64,000 nucleotides of DNA from assembly GCF_009914755.1 (NCBI RefSeq), contig NC_060929.1; one strand, written 5' to 3'. A program made the position numbers and the translations under genes. Positions within the stretch are counted from its first letter, which is position 1, and each line of letters begins with the position of its first letter. Origin of the DNA: the human T2T-CHM13v2.0 reference genome, Homo sapiens. Below the pieces are notes generated by a model, which worked only from the letters and a program-made list of their open reading frames with translations, was not told the DNA's origin and searched no databases. Shown piece by piece: positions 33,128-51,292 of this stretch.

Positions 33128-33731
33128 CAAAGAAAACTAAAAAGAAACATAAAGACTAAATACACCTGCTTTCAAGTAGAAATATCAAGACAATTAAAAT
33201 TATTCTTCCTAGTACCATTTTAATTTTGTCTAATTTCTAAATTTTCTCAAATGTGACTTTTCAATGGTAAAATATTATTTGTATCATGTGTTCATCACTG
33301 GAAACTCCACGATGCTTGAGGCAAGAGCAAACTCTTGGGGTGTTTATCATTTCCCTGAAGCAGCGTCAAAGCGACCTTCTATGTGAAACTTTGAAGACAG
33401 GTGTTAGAAACCCAGTAACCCACAGCCAAAAAAGGACACCCTCCAGATCTAAAAGTACTGACATGGAAAGCTGCACAATAGATATATACTGCTTGTTTTT
33501 TAAGTCCAAAGAATTTTTAACAGTAAGTACATATAAAACCCAACAAAGGCCTGCGAGGGTTAATATACTAGTTAATTACATTGTGCCAGTGTCAGTTTCC
33601 TGGATTGGACAATGTTCTATAGTTAGGTAAGATGTGATCATTGGGGGACACTGGAGGAATATATAGGAGAACCTCACTGCACTATTTTTGCAAGTTCTCG
33701 TGAGACGAAAATTATTTGAAAACAAGCATTA

Positions 33732-35625
<1,894 letters not shown>

Positions 35626-36990
35626 AATTATCACATTTAATGTTCATAAACCCATTTTACAGATGGTAAACTGAGGCTGAAAGAAGTTACATTGATTGCC
35701 CAAGGTGACACAAACAAAGGAAATTTGAACCCAACTCTGAATGACTCAAAAAAAAATGTTCTTAACGAATCTGACAGAAAAGAAAAAAAGCATATTATAA
35801 TCCTACTTGAAAACACAAATTCTCGAATGAGTGAGCTTCGAGCCAGAAATCAACGGAAAAGAAGAGCACTCTGTCTTCTCAGTGGGTGCATTTTAAAACA
35901 GATATCACATATGTTGACTCATCATTGAATTCATAGATGCTGGGACTCATCTGTCCTATGTTTAAAACAAAATTAGTTCTGAAATAAGTCAACTCAAAGA
36001 TACAACTTCAACGCAATCCTAGAATTTTAGAAGTGACAAGTGCAAGCCTTCAGAGAACAGTTTCTTTTCTTTCATGGGTAGCCTCGGGCTTACGCTGCCC
36101 CCTGTGGATCATGGGCGATATGGTCTTAAAAAATCCAAAAGAGCAAAAGAATCCAAAAATCACAATCTGAATGTTTAAGAGTTGGGAGGGATTTGAAATT
36201 GTCTCCTCCAATTTCTTTTTTTTTTTTAATTTGTCAAGAGGGAAGCTGAAATCTAGAGAGAAAAGTTCATTTGCGCAAGATTTTACAGTAAATAACAAAG
36301 GAAGGGACTACGTATTTTGCTGACCTCTACTCAGAATTCATATTTTCTGACCTTTCCCAGCAGCACTAATACAAATCCGGAATTTCAAAACTCCTTTTGA
36401 AAGTGGAAGCACACATTTATTGAATTCGCATGCTTGCTTCAAATTCTAAAGGACTTTACATGTTTTTATACACTTAAATGAATATATACACTGAAATGAA
36501 TAAATCAACAGAGCATTACATACATCAGTCAGGCGTTCCTTAGTTCCAAGGGAAGAATTGGGTGGGGTCCATGTTGGTAATTTTGAAAGAGAACAGAGAG
36601 CAAGTTCTGTTGGCACCCAATGTGGTTCAGAAAGAGAAAGAAATGGTGAGATACTGTCACATTTCACGCAGATTAGGTAGATAGAAGGAAACCAGGGATT
36701 CTAGAACACCATTGTTCAAGAGGCACCTTGGTTCTGAACCTTGGCCTCAACCTTCCACTAGCAACAAAATCTCATCAACCTTGAGACACCCTAGCAACAA
36801 AATCTCATCAACCCTGTGAGAGCCTAGAGTCACCTCCTTAGGCTTCTGTTCTCATGTGCCAATAGCTGAGGGTCTCAGTAAAGCACAGATAAGACCTCAT
36901 TCCTAATCCTTCATCACTGGACTCTCCTCTGGAGGGCAATGTCTAGCACTGGGCTTTGCCCACATTAGCTGATCAATAAATCTTCAATGA

Positions 36991-37985
<995 letters not shown>

Positions 37986-39499
37986 GAAATGAAACCCCAG
38001 TCCTGTACCACCTGGATGGGTACAGTTTTTGGAAAAGAGATTCTAATAATCATTATTATCGATGATTATTATTGTGAGTACAATGTAAGCATCTGAAAGT
38101 GCACAAAGCACTTTCACATACATTATCTCATTGGAGCTTTAATATGAGTCTATGAGCTAAGTAAACTTGGGCAGACTTATTGAAAGAGGAGGAAATGAAA
38201 GCTCTGAGGGGTCCATATCTTGCCCAAGGCTGCATAGCTAATAATGAGAGCTAGTGAATGGTAGGGCAATGACATCTGATTCCAGGTTCCACTTCTTTTC
38301 CTCTCTAATATACTGCTGAGTATCACAGGGTTCAACAGCCCCCAGTTACAGATGGTAGATCTTACCAAAGGGCGTTTGTACCTTTATTTATTGACTTGTT
38401 TATAGGGCAGAAAACAGAGAGAGAGAGACCACACTGCAGAACACACTGAGGTTTACTCTTTTATTCTACCCGCTGTGAAATCAGAGACCTCTCCAGTGCC
38501 TAGAAACCCCTCCCTGGCTCTGCATCAGAGAGATGTTTTGGCCTACAGAGGGGCCACCCAGCTCAGTTTGTTAGCCATCAATGAGGACCTATCTCGGGGC
38601 TGGCTTTGTGTTCTATTTCAACAGCTCACCCCTTATTTCTTTTTCACTCTTTGTTTGTCTTACATGGACATACCTCTTTTAAAGCTTGGCAATTCTCTTT
38701 GATCTTATTTGGTTGACATTTCTGAAGGTGAGCTGTTAGATGCTAGAATTACATGGATTCAATTCCAATGTTATTAATAAAAAATTGTACAGTTGGTAGA
38801 CTAGAATGCTATTGTGAGAAAAAATAATAAGAATCCAATTTTGTCTTTTTCCTTTATCCCCCAGCCGGGCTACCAACTGATTCAAGTCTGTGAACAGCAC
38901 TGGGCATGAGAGATAAAACAAATCTGTTAATACCTCATGAAAGATGTTGACTTTGAAATCAAGTGCATCCAATTTCTTTCTTCCTAACAATGGCATTGGT
39001 GAGTACAAATGTGGTTTCCTTCATTCCTCTGCCTTTCTCTGTTCCTTCTGCTGAACTTGCACTGAGAATGGCAATTCCTCCTACAACTTTTCCATGCCCT
39101 TGATCAGCGAAAGGCTCAGAAAATTGTCAGGTTCTGACAGGGCTCAATTTTATCTTTACTTTATTAAAATAGTGCAATGTAGGGCAATGAGCTCTAATTT
39201 GGGAGCCAGAAGAGACTCCTACCTAAGGACGAGTGCTCACTCCTCTTTAAACTTTTTAAATGTCTCTGTGCCTCAATTTCCTTATTTGTAAAATAAGGAG
39301 AGTGTACTATACTAGGAATTCCTAACTGCCTTCTTGGGACCAGGGCTGTGGCTTCAAAAGACTCATCTGAGGTTTGTTAAACATATGATATCTTGACCCC
39401 ACTGCCAGAGGTTCTCATCTGCAAGTCTTGGGTACACTAAGGAGACCTATATTTTTACTAAGTTCCCTGTGATTCCAGCACATGATCAGGTCTGGCATT

Positions 39500-42400
39500 C
39501 ATGGATTAGATAATCTCCAAGTTCAAGGTCTTGCTTCCCCAGTCTTCTCCCACCTCCTAGAGGTCAACACGAGATCTGATTGTTCTCACACCTTCATTTA
39601 TTCTCTCCTCACCCTCTTCTCTCTTATCTCCACGTCTAGATCAAACCTACCTCTGCCATGTTTGACTGCATCCTCCTATGCCATGCCAGAATACATCTTG
39701 CTCGTTCAGCAGCTCCTTCCTTCTCTACCCTGCCTTCCCTCTAAATTTCTTGAAAGAACGTCAAACATTCATCCTCTAGCAATTGCTCATTTTGGGATTT
39801 CATGGAGTCCGCCCACAGAGCTCATACTCTCTGTTCACTTCATGGTGACCCTGCTGCAGTACACAGCCACCTCTCTAAATGCCTCATTCCAGAATTTCCT
39901 AATCTTTAACTACAGCCTCCCTAGGCTTTGCCAGCCCAGCTTCCTCGGCCCTTGTGTGCTTATGCATCCCATTCTAATTCTGGTGTCTTCCTGTCTAGCT
40001 CCTTAGCTGGCTTAGGAGTAGCTCCTTAGTTGGCTTTTCTTCCTCCACCACAAGCTCCCCCAGTGTACTGCTCCTTTGTGGGGAGGGAGTCTCCCTTTGC
40101 ACCTCTTCACCTCTCTCTTCATCTCACACAATATCTTTAGGTGATTATACAGGAGCTTCCATTATCCCTCCTGTGCTAATGAGGCAAGACAATAAAGTGT
40201 GTAAAAGCTCAGGTTCAAGCACCAAAGAGACCTGGGATTCAAATTCTGGACAATTTTTTAACCTCTTCAAGCCTTAGTTTTTCTCCTTTATCGTGGACCT
40301 TATAATAGAATCTGCCTCACAGATTCAGACAATTGCTCACAATGAGACAATGCACTAGACACGTTGAGCCAAGCCTTGGCATATAATAAGTACTCAGTAA
40401 GTGTCATTTATGAGCAATGACCTCCCAAATTATATCCTTAGTCTTGCACTACCCCTTTTGAGAGAATATACATGAAAGTATTGGTATACTGGCAAGTCTT
40501 TATTTAGCACTTATAATGTGAATCAGTGTAGTAATTATTTTGACCAGATATAAGTGCCAATTAGCAAAGACACCCACCCAAGCATCCATGAGTCAGCCCA
40601 GACCCACACTTTCAACTGCCTGTTAGACACTTCTGAGGCATTTCAAACTCAAGATCTCACACACAAACTTAACTCTTCCTCATGGAGCTGCTTTACCAGT
40701 TAACCCACACATTGACCCATTCTCCCAACTGCAGAGAATTAGCCGTCCTTCATTCTCCATTTAGGCCACCAAGTCTTCTGACTCCTAATTGCTAAATGGC
40801 TGTTACTCCGTCCCCTCTCTATTGTTGTTGCTGCTATCATTCTAATCTAGACACTCATGCTTCACCTGAAGTATTGCAGGAGACTCCAGCCTTACTCCCA
40901 TCTAATACATCTTCCACACCCTTGCCACAGCAATTTTTCCTAAAACAACTGAAAATGCCATTCCCTACTCAAAAAACATGAACCCTCTCCCTCTGCCTCT
41001 CCGTCGTCTCCGTCTCCCGCTTTCCACGGTCTCCCTCTGTTGCCGAGGCTGGACTGTACTGCCGCGATCTCGGCTCACTGCAACCTCCCTGCCTGATTCT
41101 CCTGCCTCAGCCTGCCGAGTGCCTGGGATTGCAGGCGCGTGCCGCCAGGCCTGACTGGTTTTTGTATTTTTTGGTGGAGACGGGGTTTCGCCCTGTTGGC
41201 CGGGCTGGTCTCCAGCTCCTGACCTCGAGTGATCTGCCCGCCTCGGCCTCCCGAGGTGCCGGGATTGCAGACGGAGTCTCGCTTACACAGTGCTCAATGT
41301 CGCCCAGGCTGGAGTGTAGTGGCATGATCTCGGCTTGCTACAACCTCCACCTCCCAGCCGCCTGCCTTGGCCTCCCAAAGTGCTGAGATTGCAGCCTCTG
41401 CCCGGCCGCCACCCCATCTAGGAAGTGAGGAGCGTCTCTGCCTGGCCGCCCATCGTCTGGGATGTGAGGAGCCCCTCTGCCCGGCCGCCCAGCCTGGGAA
41501 GTGAGGAGCGCCTCTTCCCGGCCGCCGCCCCGTCTAGGAAGTGAGGAGCGTCTCTGCCTGGCCGCCCATCATCTGGGATGTAGGGAGTGCCTCTGCCCCG
41601 CCGCCCCGTCTGGGATGTGAGGAGCGCCTCTGCCCGGCCGCCCCGTCTGGGAGGTGAGGAGCATCTCTACCCGGCCACCACCCCGTCTGGGAGGTGAGGA
41701 GCGCCTCTGCCCGGCTGCCCCGTATGAGAAGTGAGGAGCCCCTCCGCCCGGCAGCCGCCCCGTCTGGGAAGTGAGGAGCGTCTCCACCCGGCTGCCCCAT
41801 CTGGGAGGTAGGGGGCACCCCCGCCCGGCAGCCGCCCCGTCTGGGAGGTGTATCCAACAGCTCATTGAGAAGGGGCCATGATGACGATGGCGGTTTTGTT
41901 GAACAGAAAAGGGGGAAATGTGGGGAAAAGAAAGAGAGATCAGATTGTTACTGTGTCTGTGTAGAAAGAAGTAGACATAGGAGACTCCATTTTGTTCTTT
42001 ACTAAGAAAAATTCTTCTGCCTTGGGATGCTGTTAATCTATAACCTTACCCCCAACCCCCTGCTCTCTGAAACATGTGCTGTGTCAACTCAGGGTTAAAT
42101 GGATTAAGGGCGGTGCAAGATGTGCTTTGTTAAACAGATGCTTGAAGGCAGCATGCTCGTTAAGAGTCATCACCACTCCCTAATCTCAAGTACCCAGGGA
42201 CACAAACACTGCGGAAGGCCGCAGGGTCCTCTGCCTAGGAAAACCAGAGACCTTTGTTCACATGTTTATCTGCTGACCTTCTCTCCACTATTGTCCTATG
42301 ACCCTGCCAAATCCCCCTCTCCGAGAAACACCCAAGAATGATCAATAAATACTAAAAAAAATTAAAAAAATGAACAATTCCTCATGACTCTGAAATAAAA

Positions 42401-42900
42401 TATAAATTCTTTAGTCGATCATACAAGCCCCTTAAGAACCTAGACCATTACCAGCTTCCTATCTCTATTTTTGGATTAAACCAGACTGTTAAATAATCAC
42501 CAAAGACATCATGCTTGTATTACATTTCTCCGTCTTTGCTCATGCTGTTCTTCCATCCTGTTGGCTCTTCCCTCCTTAATAGCATTTTCTCCTTGAAGAA
42601 CCAATTCAAAGGTCAATGAGTAAAATCAGCCCTGACCCTGGTCCTCATTTTCATTTTCACCTCTTCCATCTTTGGGCCCCAGTGTGCCTTTTCTTACCTC
42701 TATCTCAAAGCAGAGCTCACTAAAGGATGGTTTGTTATGCACAAGCCTGTCCATCCCACTAAAGTGTGATCCCTTTAAAGAAGAAGGCCATGACTTACTC
42801 ATTTTTACATGTCCTATGCCACATAAAGTGCAACCAAATATATTACCTACTGTCATATATCTAAACCAAATGCCAGAGTTACAAGGTACAGATTTAAAAT
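39500..42900 (+). mobile_element. L2 remnant hosting the SVA
   Basis: Pyrimidine-rich L2 motifs (CATTTCAAACTCAA, GCTCATGCTGTTC) continue on both sides of the SVA. Confidence 0.55.
40983..42370 (+). mobile_element. SVA retrotransposon (older B/C-like), antisense in intron 5
   Basis: Short CCCTCT head, Alu-like region to about 41396, GC-rich VNTR about 41397-41850, SINE-R to AATAAA 42344-42349 and an A tail. Imperfect TSD AAAAAACATGAAC/AAAAAAATGAAC. Confidence 0.95.
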
Positions 42901-44805
42901 TCCATGTGCAACCACATATCCCTCTGAGCATGCCTTAACTCCATGGAAAGGCCAGCTTGTTTTGGACCTTGAAGCTTCAACTGGCTTTGCAAAATAAAAA
43001 GATACAGTAATAGAAAAAAATGTTTCTAAACTCATCCCTAACCCACTCCCCCATATTCTTGTCCCTGGGACCAAGAAATAACTACTGTTAAGTATCGCAA
43101 GGAAAGAAAAATGTTGTTATTGTCAGAGCAATCTTCATTTTTCCCAATTTGAATATTGACAGCAAAGTCCTCGTGTGTTTTTCAGTGCATTCAATTTGAA
43201 TTTGTGCTACAGTTTTTGACTTCCTGCTGATTACAGGTATAATGATTCATTTGGGGCACAAGAAAAGTGAAACCTCATATGTAAATAAGGAACCTGCCTT
43301 CAAGAAAGCTCTGTTGAGAAACAGTGGCTGCCCATCTGGGAACAAAGACCAACTCTGCACGGGGTCAGGACCACTGGCCTCTTGCCTTAGCTCTCTTCCT
43401 AACTCACTACAAGCCTTCTCTCAATTCCCTGGCCTTCTCTGGGTCTCAATTTCCTATCTTCTTAGTTTCCCAGCATTCTACAGACAAGACTTCCCCCCTA
43501 CATCCCCTGGAAGTTCATAGACACAAGTTTAAAATCCCTGAAATGCGGATGTGAGTCCCAGTTCTCCCTCTGTCTAGCTGTGTGACCTTGGATAAATCAT
43601 TCTACATCTCTGAGCCCTATATCTGGCATCCAGAGAGTGGAGATTAGAATTTGCCACACTAAGTAGGGCTTCTTTGGTTGATATCTGCAGACCAGCCACC
43701 TAAAAATTGGAGGAGAGCATTGAACTAGAAGACATGTACACAGAGTTGCTTTGTAAAATAAATAACACAAACCTGGAAGCATTAGAATGGCAAACTGGAC
43801 CACAGCTCTTTTTCAGCTGTAACTTGATTCTCAAGCCTAAATTATAGAGTGGAGCCTCAATAGATTGAGCAACATGAGAACAAAACAACTGAGAGGCAGT
43901 TGAAAATTAAAGATATTCACCCACAGGAATAAAACCAATAATTGAGAGTTCTACATAGCCATCTAAACAGAGGTCAGTGAAAAGCTTTCAGAATCTCAGA
44001 TTTATTCTAATACTGAGAATTACTACTATGAGATTGTAAAAGCTTTTGTAACTTCTCTGGGTTTGTGATTTTGTCACTCCTCAGCTGTTTCCCTAGTGTG
44101 ATTAGTAGTTTAAAAAAATCATAAAACTGGAAAGTATCTATATACTGATCAGGAACAGCCAGTTATTTGGGAGCTGGCAGAAGTGGCCTCTTGTTACCCT
44201 GCTGGACTGCCTGAAAATGAAGGTTTGTGATCTGGAATAGCAGCAGAGATGTAAAGAAAAGAAAAAAATAGAAGTTCTTCCTAATGACTATTATTTACAA
44301 GCCAGTAATTATGTACTAGGCATTTTTCTCATGCATTTTCTCACTTAACAGCCCTATACAATAAGTACTACCGTTATCCCCATTTTACATTTTGAGGAAA
44401 CTGAGATTCAGAAAAGGATAGAACAAATAACTCACCTGAGATTCTACAAGAAAAACAAAAATCTCACAAAATGGCAGAGGTAGGATATAATCAGGAGCCT
44501 TTGCACTCCCTGACTCAACTCTTTCAACTCCCACCTAATGCCACCCAACAGGCTATGAGAAGAAAGGACTAGAAAGAAAGGATAGGGATTTGGGATGTTA
44601 TAGAGGCAGTGAACATGAGCCTGAGATACAATCAGTAGGGAACTTAATCCCAGCCCACCTGATTTTATTTAGGAAATGGCATAGTTATGTAGCTTTTTAT
44701 GCCCTGGCTTTGGAGTCCCTACCCAGTAGAGAGGAGGCCTTTTGGGAGAAACTGGGGGCCATTTCACACATTCCTGCTACCAAGCAAGAAATAAAATTAA
44801 TCCCA

Positions 44806-45229
<424 letters not shown>

Positions 45230-45484
45230 TCATGTGAGTTGTTACTGTTGTTTTATCTGTTTGTGCTTGTACTTGTTACTGAATTATAGCTCCTAGCCAT
45301 TTGGGGTTTTGTAGAATATTTAGAGAATTGAATGAAAGTCCTGGACTTTGCCCCAGAAAAATGTGTGTGCACACATACATACAATTATGCATATCATTTC
45401 AGGAGGGTCATGCCCTTCCTGCAAGAAGCTCATCTACAGATATCCCCCATCCAGGAGTCCTCAGACACAGTTTAAAATCTCTAA

Positions 45485-45882
<398 letters not shown>

Positions 45883-47442
45883 AGCTGTGTGATCTTAAGA
45901 CAAGTCACTCTACATCTCTGAGCTCCATTCTAGGCAGCCATAAAGTGGAGGCAAGAAATTGCTACCCTGGGTCATGCTAATTTTAGAGAACAATGATTGA
46001 CAAGACCCTCTTTAAGGATTTAAATCAGCCCACAACCACAGAAGCTTTGCCATCGAAAATTACATGAAAAAATGGAGAGGGAATTGTGGATTGTTAGCCA
46101 GAGAAAGAAAAACCCACAGAAGCCTGTAGGCCCTCTGAAGTGGGTTGGAAGGGTTTTCATGTGAATGAAGATGTAGTCTTATTCTGTAAGAGGCACCAGA
46201 GGGGAGACCAGGAGGAAGCAGAGTGGCACGGTGTTAGAGTGATCTGGAGTTGAAAAGACGTGGTTAAATCCAGGTCGGCCATTTACCGGACAAGTTTTTA
46301 ATCTTCAAGGGCTCTAAAATGGAGGTGAGGAGATAATGGTACCCATTTCTTAGGAATGTGGGGACAATCAAAAGAGATAATACATGCAACGTGCATGGTG
46401 TTAAAACAAGGCAGACCTACAATGGTAGGTGTTAGCTTCCCTAATAAAGTCTCTGACCCTCCATTTCTTTACCTATAAAATGAGGATAATATCTGTAGCT
46501 GCCTAGGAGGTTGTTGTGAGATTCAAATAAGAAAATTAATGCAAAAACGCTGAGCACAGTACCTAATGCATAGGTAAATCCTCGGTGGATGTTAACCACA
46601 ATTATCACTATGAATGTTTCATTACCAAAAAAACAGTGGGAAGAGAGGAAGTAGGGAGTGAAAGAATTTTATTTCTATCTGTTTTCATGTACCCCTAACA
46701 AAAAAGCATGCGTGTAATGTTTGTGTAATTTAAAATAAATGAATAGTAGTTAAAAGAATATGACTTTTAATTTCAGATTAGAGAACCAGATAAAATAAAA
46801 TGATACCTAAAGAGTGTAGAATCAGAGCTAGACATCCCAGACCTGACACCTGAGAGCTGTGTGGCCTTGGGAGATTTTGATAAAACAAAAATATGAGCAT
46901 CTGCTAACGAGGGATTAAATGAAGTGGCCCAGGAAGATGGCTTGACACAGACCTAGAACATAACACGTGCGCAATAAACCCTGCTTTTCATCCCTAATGA
47001 CTAAATGTTCCATAGAGACTGACTGGCCTTCTTACACCAAGCTCCTCTTCACCAGAGCAGCAAGTGTTCTCTCTTCTGGGATTTGGTCAAGGAGGAGAGA
47101 AATGAAAACTATAAAGAAGCTTATGGAAGGTAAACATCACATGACCTCTTATTCCCTTGTAATTCAATGTAAAATAGTCCAAGATTTAAATGGAATAAAG
47201 GATGATGGTGTTAGAATGTTCTCCCTACTTTCCATCACCTTTCTAGTCACTGTCATCTCTTTCTTTGTCAGAAAATAGTCCCCCACCCTTACCCCATCCC
47301 ATAGACAAAGAGGGTTTGGATCTTTGGCACCCCATTTCCCTTAAATTATCAACTCCTAATCCAGATTTTCTGTTTTCCCACTGTATGAGTTAGTGCAGGC
47401 CAAAGCGTCTTAATATCAGGGCCCCCTCGCATTTCATCCTAA

Positions 47443-48261
<819 letters not shown>

Positions 48262-49251
48262 AAGAAAAGAACAAGATGACATTTTCTTCTCATAAGATTG
48301 AAAAAGTTAAACAAACAGTCATATCAAGTGTAGGGAGAATATGGGAAAGCAGATACTCTGTGGGTGGAAAAATAAATTGGCACAGCCTTTTCTGAGAACA
48401 TTTTTCTACAAGCTATTAAATTTAAAGGTGCACATTTCTTTTAACCAGCAATTTTTACTTTTTGGTCACCATCCTAACTACAGAAACACTTGCATGAATG
48501 GTTAGGGAGGTATGCATGTGCTAGGATGTTCACTGCAGCACTGTTTATAAAAAGGAAACATTGAAACAACCTAAATGCCCCTCAATAGACAAGAAATACT
48601 GTGAGTACTCATAATGTGAAATATTACACAGCAATTTGACATGTATCTACATAGATTAAAGAAGAAAGTGGTCCAATATATAACAATAAGTGAATAAAAC
48701 AAAATGCAGAATGCTGCATATAGCATGATAACATTGTCTAAAGACATGCACAAAACTGAACTATGTATTTCTATAGCTATGTAGACACATAAGGGAATGG
48801 AAAAAAGACCTAGAATGATCATCTTCAACTAATAACAGTTATTATCTCATGGCAGGGGGCTGGGATTGAAGACAAGGAGTGAAAGAGAATTTTATTTCTA
48901 TCTGTTTCTATGCACTCCTAACAAAAATGCATTAGTGTGACATTTGTGTAATTTAAAATAAAAAAACAAAATTTGAAATATGAATAGGTGGTTTTCCTAC
49001 TATCATTCCTGGCATAAGGTCAGCAGTTGCTAAGGAAGAAGGAAGATTTCAACAGAGGGACTTCAGAGATGAGCAGAGGAGAGGAGAAGCCAGCACTGAT
49101 GCTTGCAGCATGTTTTGCTTCCACTCCAGCTGGCGGGAGGATGTGGTACGTGGCCACGAAGGAGCCAGAATAGTTGAATCCCAAGACAACCAGATAGATG
49201 ACAGATTGTTTCCACATCCAAAGACAAGCCACTCATGAGAACACAGCCCCA

Positions 49252-49432
49252 GGCCAGGCAAGCTGGCTCTAGAACTTTGAGAGGCCAAGGCAGGAGGATC
49301 ACTTGAGGCCAAGAGATTTGAGACCAGCCTGGGCAACATGGTGAGAACTCATCTCTACAAAAAAAAAAAAAAGCAAGATTCTGTCTAAAAAAAATAATAA
49401 TAATAATTAATAAAGTAAAATAAAATAAAAAA
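49252..49432 (+). mobile_element. Deleted Alu (left arm plus tail), about 20 bp from the exon 5 donor
   Basis: Left monomer joined directly to GCAAGATTCTGTCT and the A tail. Confidence 0.85.
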
Positions 49433-49449
49433 AATCACAGCCCCCCTAC

Positions 49450-49533
49450 CTCCAGGCTGAGGAGAAGACACAGAATCACTCGTTTTCCACATTGACACGT
49501 GGGATGTTGATGGGAGATCCCAAACTTTGGACT
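49450..49533 (-). CDS. TIMD4: TIMD4 exon 5, mucin stalk (84 bp, phase 1-1, skippable in frame)
   Basis: tttttccaaag|AGTCC ... CCTGGAG|gtaggg. Encodes ESKVWDLPSTSHVSMWKTSDSVSSPQPG. Confidence 0.96.
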
Positions 49534-50452
49534 CTTTGGAAAAACAAAGGAAAACAGAAAACAGACTTAGGTAAATGCTTGTCTTCCTGCTTTTGGTACT
49601 CAACTGTCCCTATACTGACTTCTGTCATTGAAAACAAAACAAAACAAAACAAAGTATGTGCCAGACACTGTCTTAAGTGACCTACATGCATTCTGTCATT
49701 TAATCCTTAGAAAGGTGTAAACACAGGATAGGTGTTATTCCCAGTTTACCAGTGAGGAAACTAAGGCCCAGAGAGATTAGGTAGCTTAGCTAAAATCACA
49801 CAGCAGGAAAGAGGCAGGATTTGTGTTTAGGCAAAGTGAAGCCGGAGCACCCACATAAATCACTCTATCATACTGTGTCCCTGTGCTGTACTATCACAAA
49901 CGCTGACTTACTTACCTTACAGATGTCTGTTTTCCCTTGCTAGATTATTAGCTCCATTATGGTAACACCTCCCATGTGAGTGCTTACAAATGTGCCAGGC
50001 ACTCTTCTAAGTCCTCACATGCATGAAGTTATACAACTCTACAACAAACCTAGGAATATAAACTGAGGGCAGGGACCCCCAGCAAAAAGGAATAGAACTG
50101 GGAGTCAACCCCAAGTGCTCCTCTCTAGCACCCCAATCGTGATGCCAATCGTGTCTTATTTCAGGGTATACCCCGTCCCAGGCCCCAGTAACTACCTAAA
50201 GAAGTTTTGATGGGTAGATGACAGGATAAATAATGAAAGAGTGACCAATTCTCGCTCCACTCTAAAAACCCAATGCATTGAATTAGTAAACCCCTCAGCA
50301 GTCTCAACAAAGAAGATTTGCGTGCATGAAATCAGAATGAGACAGCTAAGTGCTACTTAGCCTAGAGTCTAAAAGCAAACATCCTAGAGATGTACCATGA
50401 GCTACTGCAGAGAATTGCACCAATCAAGAAGGGTCTTCCTTTTCCCTACCTC

Positions 50453-50500
50453 CCTCCTCCTCCTCCTCCTCCTCCTCCTCCTTCTCTCTCTCTCTCTCTC
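50453..50500 (+). repeat. (CCT)n-(CT)n pyrimidine tract in intron 4
   Basis: Directly visible. Confidence 0.9.
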
Positions 50501-50678
50501 AGCCACAAGAAGGAACAAACTACAAAGGCTGCCTTGAGGCCAATTTGCCACAGGGGGATTTTATGGCACAAAAGACCCAAAGAGGTTGTCAGTCATCTGA
50601 TTCAGCAAGACTTTTAGTAATTTCCTTCTCCTCAGTACAAAGGGTGAGGGAGGACAGAGAGAGTGAGTGTCTGCACAC

Positions 50679-50759
50679 CTTTGGATGTCAGCAGGACAGT
50701 GTCAGCAGAAGTAGACTCAGCACTACTCCAGGAATCACTGGGGAGGACAGTTTCTGATT
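50679..50759 (-). CDS. TIMD4: TIMD4 exon 4, mucin stalk (81 bp, phase 1-1)
   Basis: ttctcttccag|AATCAG ... CCAAAG|gtgtgc. Encodes ESETVLPSDSWSSAESTSADTVLLTSK. Confidence 0.96.
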
Positions 50760-50844
50760 CTGGAAGAGAAAAAAGTTGGATAAAAGGCAGCTGAAAAGTA
50801 GTTATTGTGTTTGTGGTGGGTGGTGGGATTTGGGATTATCTTTT

Positions 50845-51292
<448 letters not shown>

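Noticed and set aside
36758-36813. Repeat-spacer-repeat superficially like CRISPR
   Set aside because: Only two repeats, a 10-bp spacer, eukaryotic context and no cas genes.
39482-40006. 174-aa plus-strand ORF
   Set aside because: Lies in pyrimidine-rich L2-like sequence, with no recognisable domain.
41107-42341. ORFs and CpG-island-like composition
   Set aside because: All SVA-internal (Alu-like region, VNTR, SINE-R); not a gene or a host promoter.
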